A stretch of 64,000 nt of DNA from Eledone cirrhosa (taxonomy: Eukaryota): assembly GCA_964016885.1 (NCBI GenBank), contig OZ024764.1:14446001-14510000 (forward strand), read 5' to 3'. Position numbers and translations under genes: made by a program. Of the stretch, positions 39,493 to 53,958 are shown piece after piece (the stretch's first letter is position 1; each line of letters begins with the position of its first letter). The notes beneath the pieces are model-generated. The model saw nothing but the letters and a program-made list of their open reading frames with translations. It was not told the DNA's origin and did no database searches.

Positions 39493-39878
39493 ACATATAT
39501 TTTGATTATGTGAATGTCTTCATTTATAAATATTCTGAATAATATATATATATATATATATTTATCCACTCTGGATATTGGTTAGCTGGACATGCTCACC
39601 GACATCCAAGAGTTGACACAGCATTCAGTACTCCTGTGGGAGCCCCTGCATGGACACACTGGAAGAGGGAGACCGAGGTTGATATATGTCGATGCCCTAA
39701 GGGCAGACACTGGTTTCTGGGAGACGCAGGACATGGCAGCGATGATGAGGGACAGAGACCGCTGGAGAGAACTCGTCCATGGATCTCTGGGAATTTTACC
39801 CGCCCTAGATAGATAGATAGATAGATAGATAGATATATATATATAATCTAAGTGTGTGTCTGTCTGTGTGTCTTTCAG

Positions 39879-39995
39879 ACGAGCCAAGTAAGTGTTGAGC
39901 TGGCAGAGAAGACAGCCAAGGTGTCTCAACTGGAAGAAGCCCTCTACTACCAAACCAAAGAGATGAAACAGATACAAGAAAAACTAGCAGAAGTG
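39879..39995 (+). CDS. CLIP1: CLIP1-family exon I (TSQVSVELAEKTAKVSQLEE...EKLAEV)
   Basis: tctttcAG, 117 nt phase 0-0, GTG|GTAAGT, coiled-coil heptads. Confidence 0.88.
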
Positions 39996-40336
39996 GTAAG
40001 TAAAGACCTTTTATGAAGGATTTCATCTCTCTCTCTCTAGCTCTCCTCTCTCCCCCTCCCTTTCTATTCCACTCGCCATCTCTCACTCTATCCCTCCCCT
40101 TCCTCACTCTCTCTCCCCCTCCTCACTCTGTCTCTTTATATCTTATTCTCTTTCTATTGATCTGTTTATATATATATATATATATTTATGAGTATATACA
40201 CACAAACATGTGTATGTATATATGTATGTGTATGTATATATGTATGTGTGTATGTATATATGTATGTGTATATGTATATATATATATGTATGCGTGTATG
40301 TATATATATATATATGTGTATATATATATATATATG

Positions 40337-40383
<47 letters not shown>

Positions 40384-40528
40384 TTATTTATATATATATA
40401 TATATGTATATTTATTTATATATATATATATGTATATTTATATATGTATATTTATTTATTTATATATATATATGTGAATATGTATGCATATGTATATATG
40501 TTTCTGTATGCATGTACATATATATATG

Positions 40529-40567
<39 letters not shown>

Positions 40568-40570
40568 GTA

Positions 40571-40618
<48 letters not shown>

Positions 40619-41081
40619 GAAAGCGTTTGTTCAATGTTGTTTTTGATTTAAATATTTTTTTTGAAGTTTGCATTTTTATATATTTTTGTCTCTGTCTCTT
40701 CCTCTACACACGCACACATATACACACATATATATATATACTCTCACATATATATACACTCACATATATGTACACACATTACACACACATATACGCACAT
40801 ATATATATATACTCTCACATATATGTACACTCATTACACACACATATACGCACATATATATATGCTCACATATATATACTCTCACATATATATACTCTCA
40901 CATATATGTACACACATTACACACACATATATATATACACTCACATATATGTACAGACATTACACTCATATGTACACACACATCTATATACACATAAATA
41001 CACAAACATATATATATACACATTCACATTTATACACACACACACACATGTAGATATATATATTGCACATTTACATACAGG

Positions 41082-41122
<41 letters not shown>

Positions 41123-41354
41123 CGTCCCACCCTTGCAAGCAGGGAAAAGCGGACTTAAAATGATGATGATGATGATGATGACATATATATATATGTATAT
41201 ACATATATATATATATATGTATATATGTATATATGTATATATGTATATACGTATATACATATATATATAGATATATATATATGTATATATATGTATATAT
41301 GTATATACATATATATATATATATATATTTATATACATACATATATATAAATAT

Positions 41355-41393
<39 letters not shown>

Positions 41394-41675
41394 CATATAT
41401 ATATGTATATACATACATATATATACATGTGTATATATATATATACATACATAAATGCTCATATATATTCACAAGCATTCATGCACACACATGCACACAC
41501 ACACACAAACACACACATATATATATATATATCTACACATACATGCGTGTGCATGTTTTTTTGTTTGTCATTTATGCATGCTTGCATTATTATATTCTGC
41601 ACCGCACTGCACTGCAGCTAGCTAAGTGCACCGTTATTTCATTTTTGGCTATGCAAGTTTTTAGTTGCATTATTG

Positions 41676-41726
<51 letters not shown>

Positions 41727-41779
41727 TTTATCTCTCTCTCTCTCTCTCACACACTTTATCTCTCTCTCTCTCTCTCTCA

Positions 41780-41816
<37 letters not shown>

Positions 41817-42037
41817 TTTATCTCTCTCTCTCACACACTTTATCTCTCTCTCTCTCTCTCATGCTCTCTCTCATGCTCTCTCTCTCTCTCTCTTACACAC
41901 TTTATCTCTCTTACACACTTTATCTCTCTCTCTCTCTCTCACACACACACTTTATCTCTCTCTCTCTCTCTCTCACACTTTATCTCTCTCTCTCTCTCTC
42001 ACACACTTTATCTCTCTCTCTCTCTCTCTCACACACT

Positions 42038-42075
<38 letters not shown>

Positions 42076-42938
42076 TTATCTCTCTCTCTCTCTCACACAC
42101 TTTATCTCTCTCTCTCTCTCTCTCACACTTTATCTCTCTCTCTCTCTCACACACTTAATCTCTCTCTCTCTCTCTCTTTCTCTCACACACTTTATCTCTC
42201 TCTCTCACACACTTTATCTCTCTCTCTCACACACGCTTTATCTCTCTCTCTCTCTCACAAACTCTCTCCTATCTATCTGTCTATCTCTCTCTCTGTCAAA
42301 CACATACTATCTCTCTCTCTCTCTCTCTCTCTGTGTCACACACAAACTCTCTCCTAGCTATCTGTCTCTCTCTCTCTCTGTCACACACAAACTCTCTCCT
42401 AGCTATCTGTCTATCTCTCTCTCTCTTGCTCTCTCTCACACACACACTTTATCTCTCTCTCTCTCACACACACTTTATCTATCTATCTCTCTCTGTCACA
42501 CACACACTTTATCTATCTATCTATCTCTCTCACACACACACTTTATCTCTCTCTCTCTCACACACACTTTATCTATATCTCTCTCTGTTACACATATTCT
42601 CTCTCACAACCCAACCACACACGCTTCCTCTCTCTCTCTGTTCACTTTGAGACACCACAACCTCCACCACAAGCACGACCATGCTGCACCACCACTACCA
42701 CCACAACTGCCATGGCCATGCTAGAGCAAGCAAGCAAGCAAGCACCACCACCACCGCTCCCCTATTAAGTTTGATTTTCTGCATGGCTTCTAAGTGTTGT
42801 AGTTGTTTTGTTTTTTTATATATATATATTTTTATTTTTTATTTTTTCGTTCTTCCTGCATCTTTTCTGCCTCTGTTTTGCATCTATTTTACATCTGTTG
42901 CAAATATTTTTTTAATTTTTTTTTTATGGTTTTTGTTG

Positions 42939-42981
<43 letters not shown>

Positions 42982-43271
42982 AACATGCAGTGACTCTCCA
43001 AACAAGGCCACCACCTCTGAGTTTCTCTGTCTGTCTCTCTCTGTCTTTAAGTTTCGGCCCTTCATGTAAATACACACAGGTGTTACCTTCTACAAATACG
43101 CCGTAAGAGAGTTTAAGATAGGTGCCCTGGGTACATACACACAGATCGATGCACACACATGCATTTAGCTTGTGTGTGTGTGTTAAATGATGATGATGAT
43201 GATACTGCTATGTGTGTATGTGTGTAGGTCTTCCTGAATGTGTGATTGTGTCTATATATATATATATAGAT

Positions 43272-43560
43272 ATATTAATTCAAAATATTAATAAATATAG
43301 ACATTCATGTAATCAAATATATTTTATTATATATATTTCGGAGGTACTGTGCTGTTTCCTCAGTACGTCCTCATCAGATAAACAGCACAGTACCTCCGAA
43401 ATATATATAATAAAATATATTTGATTACATGAATGTCTATATTTATTAATATTTTGAATTAATATTAATAACTCCAGAAAACTTCTTTGTTGAGTGCTTC
43501 TAATCTATTGTAAAACTATATTCATTGATTAATCAATGAACCTTGTTTAACTTTTGGTTA
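43272..43560. mobile_element. Foldback Penelope-like remnant, AT-rich HHR family
   Basis: Arms 43272-43357 and 43380-43465, tail with TTGAGTGCTTC, (TA)n on both sides. Confidence 0.7.
43323..43382 (-). ncRNA. Hammerhead motif, AT-rich type
   Basis: Minus strand: tttat CTGATGA gga-c-gtactg..cagtac-c-tcc GAAA tatatat A ataaa. Confidence 0.7.
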
Positions 43561-43824
43561 TATATATATATATATATATTAAATTCAAAGGGATATATGT
43601 ATATAATTAGACATAGTCATAGATACATGTATGAGTTTGGCTACCTTTCACGGTGTGGCTCAATGTATTTTATCTAATAATTGTTTCTACTTTTGGCACA
43701 AGGCCATCAATTACCCAGCACATTACTGGTACTTTATTTTATCGACCCCGTAAGGATGAAAGGCAAAGTTAACCTCGGCGGGATTTTATCTAATAATGCT
43801 TCAGACTTGCAATTTTCATTGCTG

Positions 43825-44245
43825 TAGTGGAGTCTGTGCTGCTGTACGGGTCTGAGACTTGGACACTGACCAAGAAACTCACTCAGATGGTGGATGGGTG
43901 CCACATGAGAATGCTGAGGATGGCTGTGAACATTAATCAGTATACACTGAGGATGAAGAACTCAGAGCTGTACGGGAGCCTCCCAAAAGTCAGCTCAAAA
44001 GTGACACAGAGGAGACTGAGGTTAGCTGGACATGCTCACCGACATCCAGAGTTGACATTGCACTCAGTGCTCCTGTGGGAGCCCCTGCATTGATACACTG
44101 GAAGAGGGAGACCGAGGTTAACGTATGTTGATGCCCTAAGGACAGACACTGGTCTATTGGAGACGCAGGACATGGCAGCGATAATGAGGGACAGAGACCG
44201 CTGGAGAGAACTCGTCCATGGATCTCAGGAATTTTACCCGCTCTA
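43825..44245 (+). pseudogene. Second RTE-type LINE family, 3' fragments ending in TAGA repeats (also 31641-31856, 32347-32425, 39580-39833, 55578-55948)
   Basis: ESVLLYGSETWTLT..RLRLAGHAHRH..GRGRPRLTYVD..DRDRWR. Confidence 0.88.
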
Positions 44246-44658
44246 GAAATATATATATATATATATATATATCATCATCATCATTTTACGTCCGCTTTTC
44301 CCTGCTTGCAAGGGTGGGACGGGAACTGATTCTGGCTTGATTTCTACAGCTGGATGCCCTTCCTAACACCAACCTCATTTACAGTGAGTGCTGGGTGCTT
44401 TTTTGCCGTGGAGCCTCCACGACCACTTTGCAGTGGAATGATAGGGACCCCAGTTTTATCATCTCATTTCTACAGCTGAGTAAACTGGAGCAATGTGAAA
44501 TAAAGTGTCTTGCTCAAGGAAACAACACATCACCCGGTCTGTGAATTGAACTCTCAACCTTTCGATTGCAAGGCCAATGCTCTAACCACTAAGCCATGTG
44601 CCTCCATATATATGTGACTATATATATATATATTCATTGTGTCATTACTACAACAGAA

Positions 44659-44743
44659 GTCTGATGAGCTATTGATTCCAGAGTCAGGCCAGATCGATAC
44701 ATATCGAACCTTGAGAGCTGATTAATAGCAAAATATGTGTCGC
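44659..44743 (+). ncRNA. Degenerate long-stem-II hammerhead
   Basis: CTGATGA gctattgat..attaatagc AAAA tatgtg TC; GAAA changed to AAAA, consistent with CpG decay. Confidence 0.5.
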
Positions 44744-44893
44744 CAATCAATAAATGTAATGAAGGCTTAACAAATCGTCCTTGTATTATTATATATTACA
44801 CTCTGTCTAGCTCTACACCTCGCTACAGACGCGAACCTAAACATCGAGTGCTCAGCCGGGTGAACCTACATTAACTTCATGTTATACTCCCTG

Positions 44894-44965
<72 letters not shown>

Positions 44966-45161
44966 TCATTTCCTTATAGTGACCAATGGCAACTTCTTTT
45001 TCCGTCTTTTAAGGGTCTTCATCCTATTTTATGTGGTATTTTCTAGCATCTCTGTGCATGGGCACATCATTCTTTTTATATATATATATATATATACATA
45101 CATACACATAGATAGATCTCTGTGTTTATATATATATACACACATACATACATCTCTATGT

Positions 45162-45196
<35 letters not shown>

Positions 45197-45209
45197 CATC
45201 TCTATGTGT

Positions 45210-45240
<31 letters not shown>

Positions 45241-45535
45241 TACATCTGTGTTTATATATATACACATACATACATACATCTGTGTTTATATATATATATA
45301 CACACATACATACATCTGTGTTTATATATATATATATACACACATACACACATCTCTATGTGTTTATATATATATAAGGAAAAAATATGAAATCGAAAAT
45401 GCAACTGGAGTCTTTATATATGTATTTGGTTCCTTTAAAAAAGACTCCAGTTGCATTTCATCTTTTTTCCTTATACTTTCACTCGTGTAGGACATCCCAT
45501 TTCTTTTCATTTTGTAAAAAAACCCACACTTTCTA

Positions 45536-45603
<68 letters not shown>

Positions 45604-46986
45604 GAAAATAAGGAGGCAATTGAATGCAGATATATTAGGAACCCATGGTTCAGGCTTCAGCAGGGGCATAAAAACTGGCCCATATCTGTGTGCATGTGTG
45701 TATGAGAGGAGGTGTATGAGAAACTGTCCCTTCCCCTGAGGGCTAAATAGCCTGGCATTGGTTGTAGGTCTCTTTCTGAAGGTAAAAATATGTTTTTAAA
45801 TAAATTAAGAATAAATTAGGTATTTGCGTATAATACAACCCCTATTTCTGAAAGTAAATAAATATATATATATATATATATATATCAAAGGTATATATTG
45901 AGTTAGAAACTCAAAATAGTTTCTTAAAATTAAATAGCTCAAAGTAAAAAAAATATTTCCGGGCTGTGTAATATAATTGAATATAAAAGAGAGATAAACA
46001 CAGATATATACATATATGTGTACAAATCGTAAGGGACTAGATTCACTAGGGTGAAAAAAAATACTATTAACAATAGTCAATTATATATATATATATATTT
46101 GCGTATAATACAATCCCTATTTCTGAAAGTAAATATATATATATATATAATATATACAAATAAATTATCGAGAATCGGAACTTCGGCCCACGAAATAACT
46201 AAAAAACAATCTTCGAAATGTGCGGCAAAGTGCTCAATGGTTCGGATAAACCAGAGCTATAACTAACGTTTAATACCAACACACTGAGACGATGCTTAAA
46301 CAATCATTCGCACAGCCAAATCTATCAAAAGTATATATTGAGTTAGAAACTCAGAATAGTCTCTTACAATTAAATAGCTGAAAGAAAGAGGTTCTTCTGA
46401 GCCGTGTAATATAATTGAATATAAAAGAGAGATAAACACAGATATATACATATATGTGTTCAAATCGTAAGGGACTAGATTCACTAGGGTGAAAGAAATA
46501 CGAACTATGGACAATGCAGTTTGCCTGACTCAATTTAAAAGAATAAATTAAGAAAAAATACAAACCGAAAGTGTGACCACCATCAAATTGTACATCCAGA
46601 CAGCTTTTGGCAATGTTTTTTTCGCAATTAAGTGAAAGGGATTGACCATTTCTATTGGTCTTCAGTGGATGTCAAATTAGTCAAATTAGTAAACCTTCAC
46701 TGAAATAAACATTCCTAACAAATGCAAATAGCAAAAAAGAAATAATAATAATTAATAAAATTAAAATTTAAAAAATACAAATTAAATTTTAAAAATATAT
46801 ATTTATTTATTAATAAGAGAAATTATAGAAAAAAAATATATATTTCTTCAAATTTCATCCATATTGTAATATATATGTATATTTGAAGAATGAGGCATGA
46901 GGTGCATGTTTAAAATAATGCACATGGCACATATATCTACATCTCTGTGTTATCTCTCTTTTATATTCAATTATATATATGTATAT

Positions 46987-47355
46987 ATATTAATTCAAAA
47001 TATTAACAAAATAGATATTCTTGTGATCAATTATATTTTATTATACATATTTCAGAGGTACTGAGTTAAGTTCAACAGTACGTCCTCATCAGATAAAATA
47101 GGATAATTTTATCTGATGATTTTATCTTATTTTATCTTATTTTATCTTATTTTATCTGATGAAGACGTACTGTTGAACTTAACTCAGTACCTCTGAAATA
47201 TGTATAATAAAATATAATTGATCACAAAAATATCTATTTTGTTAATATTTTGAATTAATATTATTAACTCTGGAAAACCTTTTTTTGCTGTTGAGTGCTT
47301 CCAATCTATTGTAAAACTCCTTCTTTGATGTATTCATTGAACCTTGTTTAACTTT

Positions 47356-47356
<1 letters not shown>
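46987..47356. mobile_element. Foldback Penelope-like remnant, AT-rich HHR family
   Basis: Arms about 46987-47100 and 47147-47261; tail homologous to the 43.5-kb copy. Confidence 0.7.
47149..47213 (+). ncRNA. Hammerhead motif, AT-rich type; mirror copy on the minus strand at 47035-47099
   Basis: attttat CTGATGA aga-c-gtactg..cagtac-c-tct GAAA tatgtat A ataaaat; 7-bp stem I, AUA triplet. Confidence 0.7.
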
Positions 47357-47412
<56 letters not shown>

Positions 47413-48054
47413 ACTCGATGGCAGAGCTTAAGCCGTTTCAACAGCTATTTCTGGAACTAGACCTATATATGTATATTTATTAAAATAACAGATTAAAGTT
47501 TAAGCAAAGAATCGCTGCTTTCACCCTTAACGGGATCTTCTGAAATTTTTTATTACTATATATATATATATATATATATATACATACATACGCACGCACA
47601 CATAATGAGGCCCTGTTTCGGAAAGTAAATATATACAATGAGCCCCCGTTTTTGGAAGCTAAAAATATTTTTTTTTTTTTAAAAGGGATAAATTAAATCT
47701 TGTTTCTATAAAAAATATTTTAAAAAAGGAATTAATGAAATCCTTGAGTATAATACCCCTGTTTCTTAAACTAAAGATATTAAAAACAAAACTGGATAAT
47801 ATGGTAGATAGGTCTGTGGTGGTGGTGGTGGTGGTGGTGGTGGTGCTGCTGCTGATGTCTCCATGTCATGTGGTGTATGGTAACTGGGGTAACTGGGTAC
47901 ATCAGTAGATAGGTAGATCAGTGGAGCAACCAAGTTCTGTCTGTTGTCTCTTTCTGAGCTTCTAACACATACACACACATACCCATGCACAAACACACAC
48001 ATACCCATGCACAAACACACACACACATACCCATGCACAAACACACACACACAC

Positions 48055-48085
<31 letters not shown>

Positions 48086-48127
48086 ACACACACATACCCA
48101 TGCACAAACACACACACACTTACACAC

Positions 48128-48174
<47 letters not shown>

Positions 48175-48275
48175 CATATATATATACATATATATATGTA
48201 TATATATATATACATATATATATATGTATATATATACATATATATATACATATATATATGTATATATATATATAC

Positions 48276-48326
<51 letters not shown>

Positions 48327-48345
48327 CATTTATATATATGTATAC

Positions 48346-48376
<31 letters not shown>

Positions 48377-48398
48377 CATATATATATGTATATATATG

Positions 48399-48432
<34 letters not shown>

Positions 48433-48452
48433 CATATATATATATATATATG

Positions 48453-48504
<52 letters not shown>

Positions 48505-48539
48505 CATATATATATACATATATATATGTATATATATAC

Positions 48540-48579
<40 letters not shown>

Positions 48580-50593
48580 GTATATATATATATATATATA
48601 CACACACATTTGCTCATACACACATATATATATATATATATGTATATAAATTTTTATACATACACATTTACGCACACACATATATACACATATATACAAA
48701 CACATATATACATACACATACACACATATATATATATACACATTTACTCGAACACACACACATATATATACATATATAGATACACATTTACACACACACA
48801 TATACCTACACATGCTATATGCACAGCTTGCACATGCTGCACATAAACTACCCTGTGTACACCACACCTCAAACATACATACACTCCACACCACACACAC
48901 CATACACCACACTACACTACACTACACCACATACACACCACACCACACACACACCACACCACACAACACACCACACCACACCACACAACACACCACACCA
49001 CACCACACACACCACACCACACACACCACACACACCACACCACACCACACACACCACACACACACCACACACATACACCACACTACACTACACTACACCA
49101 CACCACATACACACCACACCACACACACCACACACATACACCACACCACACTACACTACACTACACCACACCACACACACCACACAACACACCACACACA
49201 TACACACCATACCACACCACACATACACACCACACCACACACACACCACACACACCACACAACACGCCACATACACACCACATACACATCACACCATACC
49301 ACACCACATACACACCACACCACACACATACACACCATACCACACCACACATACACACCACACCACACAACACACACACACACACCACACACCCCTGCAT
49401 GTTTGCACATCTCTACACTCCTTTCCCATCTTCCTCTGTTTGTATTCATATATTTATTTCAATTGTATGTTGACATTTCTGAATGGTCTGTCTGTTGTCA
49501 TGGCGATTGAAGCTCTCGGCCCTTCCCCCATCCTCATCCCCCACATTGCCCCCTCCCCCTTACACACACCCAAGAAACCCTGTATTACCCTTTCAGCCCT
49601 TGACCATTGCTCTCCCCCTACTCACATCAGACACACACCTAAGAAACCACATGTTACCCTCTCAGCCCTTCACCCCACCTCCTTGCATTGCCCTCCTCCT
49701 CACACACACATGTAAGAAACCCTGTATTGCCCTTTCAGCCCTTCCCCATTCCCACATTGTCCTGCAAACCACACACATCTGAGAAACCCTGTTACCCCCC
49801 CCCCCCCCACTATTTCTTTATTGCCCTACATTCTGAGAGGACACTTTGCCCTCTGCCCTACTGGAAGTAGACAAACAGCTCTTCTCGTTACCAACATACC
49901 TATGGAACTTGTTAGTCCCGTTTCACAATTGCCCCACTCTCTGAGGAACCTCGTCCTTTAATAAGAGTGTACAAACAGCTCTTCCCATGGCCAACATACC
50001 CTTAACTATTATATTTTCACAGTAAAGGCTTTACCTCACATAATATCAAATCTATGAGATTTTGAAAGTATTTATTTTGAGAACAATACCCTAACATCAG
50101 TTTGAGTGACCAGTTACAGCCAGTTTCAACAGAAAAAGGTAAAGAATTCTGGCCGGTTTTGGCCAGTTTGAACATTAAAGGGTTAAGGAACATGTTACCC
50201 ACATTTCACAATCACCCCACATTCTGAGGGAGTTCATGCTCTATTTTAATTTCCCTTGTATTACCTTAGGTGTGTGGTTTAGTGGTTAGAGAATAGGATT
50301 CGCAATCGTGAGGTTGCGAGTTCGATTCCCGTTCTCTGGCTAGGTGATGTGCTATGTCCTTGAGCAAGACACTTTATTTCACGTTTCTCCTTCTGTCAGG
50401 AGTTGTAACTGACAGAGAGTATCAACAATGGAGAGACCAAGGAGAACATTATTTCCTTGGTCAGATCTTCATGAGTTCCACTCTCAACCTTCCTCTACTC
50501 CATAAAAGAATGAGGTCTGGGATCATCAAATTGTGCTCCACCCCCATGCACACACATACACACAGCTCACATCTCCATCGATGGAAATGAAAG

Positions 50594-53500
50594 ACAGCCC
50601 AACATGTCACTGTGGGGACCCTGACAAGACAGTACTCCATGTTGTTCAGGATTGTCCCCTCCCCCTCAGAAGCTTCCCTGCACAATACATGCTAGGACAG
50701 CCCAGCATGTCACTGTGGGGACCCTGACAAGACAGTACTCCATGTTGTTCAGGATTGTCCCCTCCCCCTCAGATGTTTCCCTGCACAATACATGCCAGGA
50801 CAGCCCAGCATGTCACTGGGGGGACCCTGACAAGACAGTCCTCCATGTTGTTCAGGATTGTCCCCTCCCCCTCAGATGTTTCCCTGCACAATACATGCTA
50901 GGACAACCCAGCATGTCACTGTGGGGACCCTGACAAGACAGTACTCCATGTTGTTCAGGATTGTCCCCTCCCCCTCAGATGTTTCCCTGCACAATACATG
51001 CCAGGACAGCCCAGCATGTCACTGGGGACCCTGACAAGACAGTCCTCCATGTTGTTCAGGATTGTCCCCTCCCCCTCAGATGTTTCCCTGCCCAATACAT
51101 GCCAGGACAGCCCAGCATGTCACTGTGGGGACCCTGACAAGACAGTACTCCATGTTGTTCAGGATTGTCCCCTCCCCCTCAGATGTTTCTCTGCACAATA
51201 CATGCTAGGACAGCCCAGCATGTCACTGTGGGGATCCTGACAAGACAGGACTCCATGTTGTTCAGGATTGTCCCCTCCCCCTCAGATGTTTCCCTGCACA
51301 ATACATGCCAGGACAGCCCAGCATGTCACTGGGGGGACCCTGACAAGACAGTCCTCCATGTTGTTCAGGATTGTCCCCTCCCCCTCAGATGTTTCCCTGC
51401 ACAATACATGCTAGGACAACCCAGCATGTCACTGTGGGGACCCTGACAAGACAGTACTCCATGTTGTTCAGGATTGTCCCCTCCCCCTCAGATGTTTCCC
51501 TGCACAATACATGCCAGGACAGCCCAGCATGTCACTGGGGACCCTGACAAGACAGTCCTCCATGTTGTTCAGGATTGTCCCCTCCCCCTCAGATGTTTCC
51601 CTGCCCAATACATGCCAGGACAGCCCAGCATGTCACTGTGGGGACCCTGACAAGACAGTACTCCATGTTGTTCAGGATTGTCCCCTCCCCCTCAGATGTT
51701 TCTCTGCACAATACATGCTAGGACAGCCCAGCATGTCACTGTGGGGATCCTGACAAGACAGGACTCCATGTTGTTCAGGATTGTCCCCTCCCCCTCAGAT
51801 GTTTCTCTGCACAATACATGCTAGGACAGCCCAGCATGTCACTGTGGGGATCCTGACAAGACAGGACTCCATGTTGTTCAGGATTGTCCCCTCCCCTTCA
51901 GATGTTTCCCTGCACAATACATGCTAGGACAGCCCAGCATGTCACTGTGGGGACCCTGACAAGACAGTCCTCCATGTTGTTCAGGATTGTCCCCTCCCCT
52001 TCAGATGTTTCCCTGCACAATACATGCTAGGACAGCCCAACATGTGACTGTGGGGACCCTGACAAGACAGTCCTCCATGTTGTTCAGGATTGTCCCCTCC
52101 CCTTCAGATGTTTCCCTGCACAATACATGCTAGGACAGCCCAACATGTGACTGTGGGGACCCTGACAAGACAGTCCTCCATGTTGTTCAGGATTGTCCCC
52201 TCCCCTTCAGATGTTTCCCTGCACAATACATGCTAGGACAGCCCAACATGTGACTGTGGGGACCCTGACAAGACAGTACCCCATGTTGTTCAGGATTGTC
52301 CCCTCCCCTTCAGATGTTTCCCTGCACAATACATGCTAGGACAGCCCAGCATGTCACTGTGGGGACCCTGACAAGACAGTCCTCCATGTTGTTCAGGATT
52401 GTCCCCTCCCCTTCAGATGTTTCCCTGCACAATACATGCTAGGACAGCCCAGCATGTCACTGTGGGGACCCTGACAAGACAGTACTCCATGTTGTTCAGG
52501 ATTGTCCCCTCCCCTTCAGATGTTTCCCTGCACAATACATGCTAGGACAGCCCAGCATGTCACTGTGGGGACCCTGACAAGACAGTACTCCATGTTGTTC
52601 AGGATTGTCCCCTCCCCTTCAGATGTTTCCCTGCACAATACATGCTAGGACAGCCCAGCATGTCACTGTGGGGACCCTGACAAGACAGTACTCCATGTTG
52701 TTCAGGATTGTCCCCTCCCCCTCAGATGTTTCCCTGCACAATACATGCTAGGACAGCCCAACATGTCACTGTGGGGACCCTGACAAGACAGCACCCCATG
52801 TTGTTCAGGATTGTCCCCTCCCCTTCAGATGTTTCCCTGCACAATACATGCTAGGACAGCCCAGCATGTCACTGTGGGGACCCTGACAAGACAGTACTCC
52901 ATGTTGTTCAGGATTGTCCCCTCCCCTTCAGATGTTTCCCTGCACAATACATGCTAGGACAGCCCAGCATGTCACTGTGGGGACCCTGACAAGACAGTAC
53001 TCCATGTTGTTCAGGATTGTCCCCTCCCCCTCAGATGTTTCCCTGCACAATACATGCTAGGACAGCCCAGCATGTCACTGTGGGGACCCTGACAAGACAG
53101 TACTCCATGTTGTTCAGGATTGTCCCCTCCCCTTCAGATGTTTCCCTGCACAATACATGCTAGGACAGCCCAGCATGTCACTGTGGGGACCCTGACAAGA
53201 CAGTACTCCATGTTGTTCAGGATTGTCCCCTCCCCCTCAGATGTTTCCCTGCACAATACATGCTAGGACAGCCCAGCATGTCACTGTGGGGACCCTGACA
53301 AGACAGTACTCCATGTTGTTCAGGATTGTCCCCTCCCCCTCAGATGTTTCCCTGCACAATACATGCTAGGACAGCCCAGCATGTCACTGTGGGGACCCTG
53401 ACAAGACAGTCCTCCATGTTGTTCAGGATTGTCCCCTCCCCTTCAGATGTTTCCCTGCACAATACATGCTAGGACAGCCCAGCATGTCACTGGGGACCCT

Positions 53501-53958
53501 GACAAGACAGTACTCCATGTTGTTCAGGATTGTCCCCTCCCCTCAGATGTTTCCCTGCACAATACATGCTAGGACAGCCCAACATGTCACTGTGGGGACC
53601 CTGGCAAGACAGTACTCCATGTTGTTCAGGATTGTCCCCTCCCCCTCAGATGTTTCCCTGCACAATACATGCTAGGACAGCCCAGCATGTCACTGTGGGG
53701 ACCCTGACAAGACAGTACTCCATGTTGTTCAGGATTGTCCCCTCCCCCTCAGATGTTTCCCTGCACAATACATGCTAGGACAGCCCAGCATGTCACTGTG
53801 GGGACCCTGACAAGACAGTACTCCATGTTGTTCAGGATTGTCCCCTCCCCCTCAGATGTTTCCCTGCACAATACATGCTAGGACAGCCCAGCATGTCACT
53901 GTGGGGACCCTGACAAGACAGGACTCCATGTTGTTCAGGATTGTCCCCTCCCCCTCAG
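50594..53958 (+). repeat. 103-bp tandem array (about 33 copies) derived from a LINE C-terminal CCHC zinc-knuckle segment
   Basis: Unit encodes DSPACHCGDPDKTVLHVVQDCPL; flanks read HRW..MKDSPTC and SFPGSHEAIHTTTNDTLARLTSLHLSL* + (CAA)n. Confidence 0.85.

Noticed and set aside
40170-49400. Numerous YI/HT/LS-rich ORFs
   Set aside because: (TA)n, (CA)n and (CT)n microsatellite translations
49494-49507. RFX X-box-like GTTGTCATGGCGAT
   Set aside because: Three mismatches to the palindromic consensus and no promoter context
50594-53958. Multi-zinc-finger or heme-binding repeat protein
   Set aside because: The 103-bp unit shifts frame and introduces stops; LINE-derived
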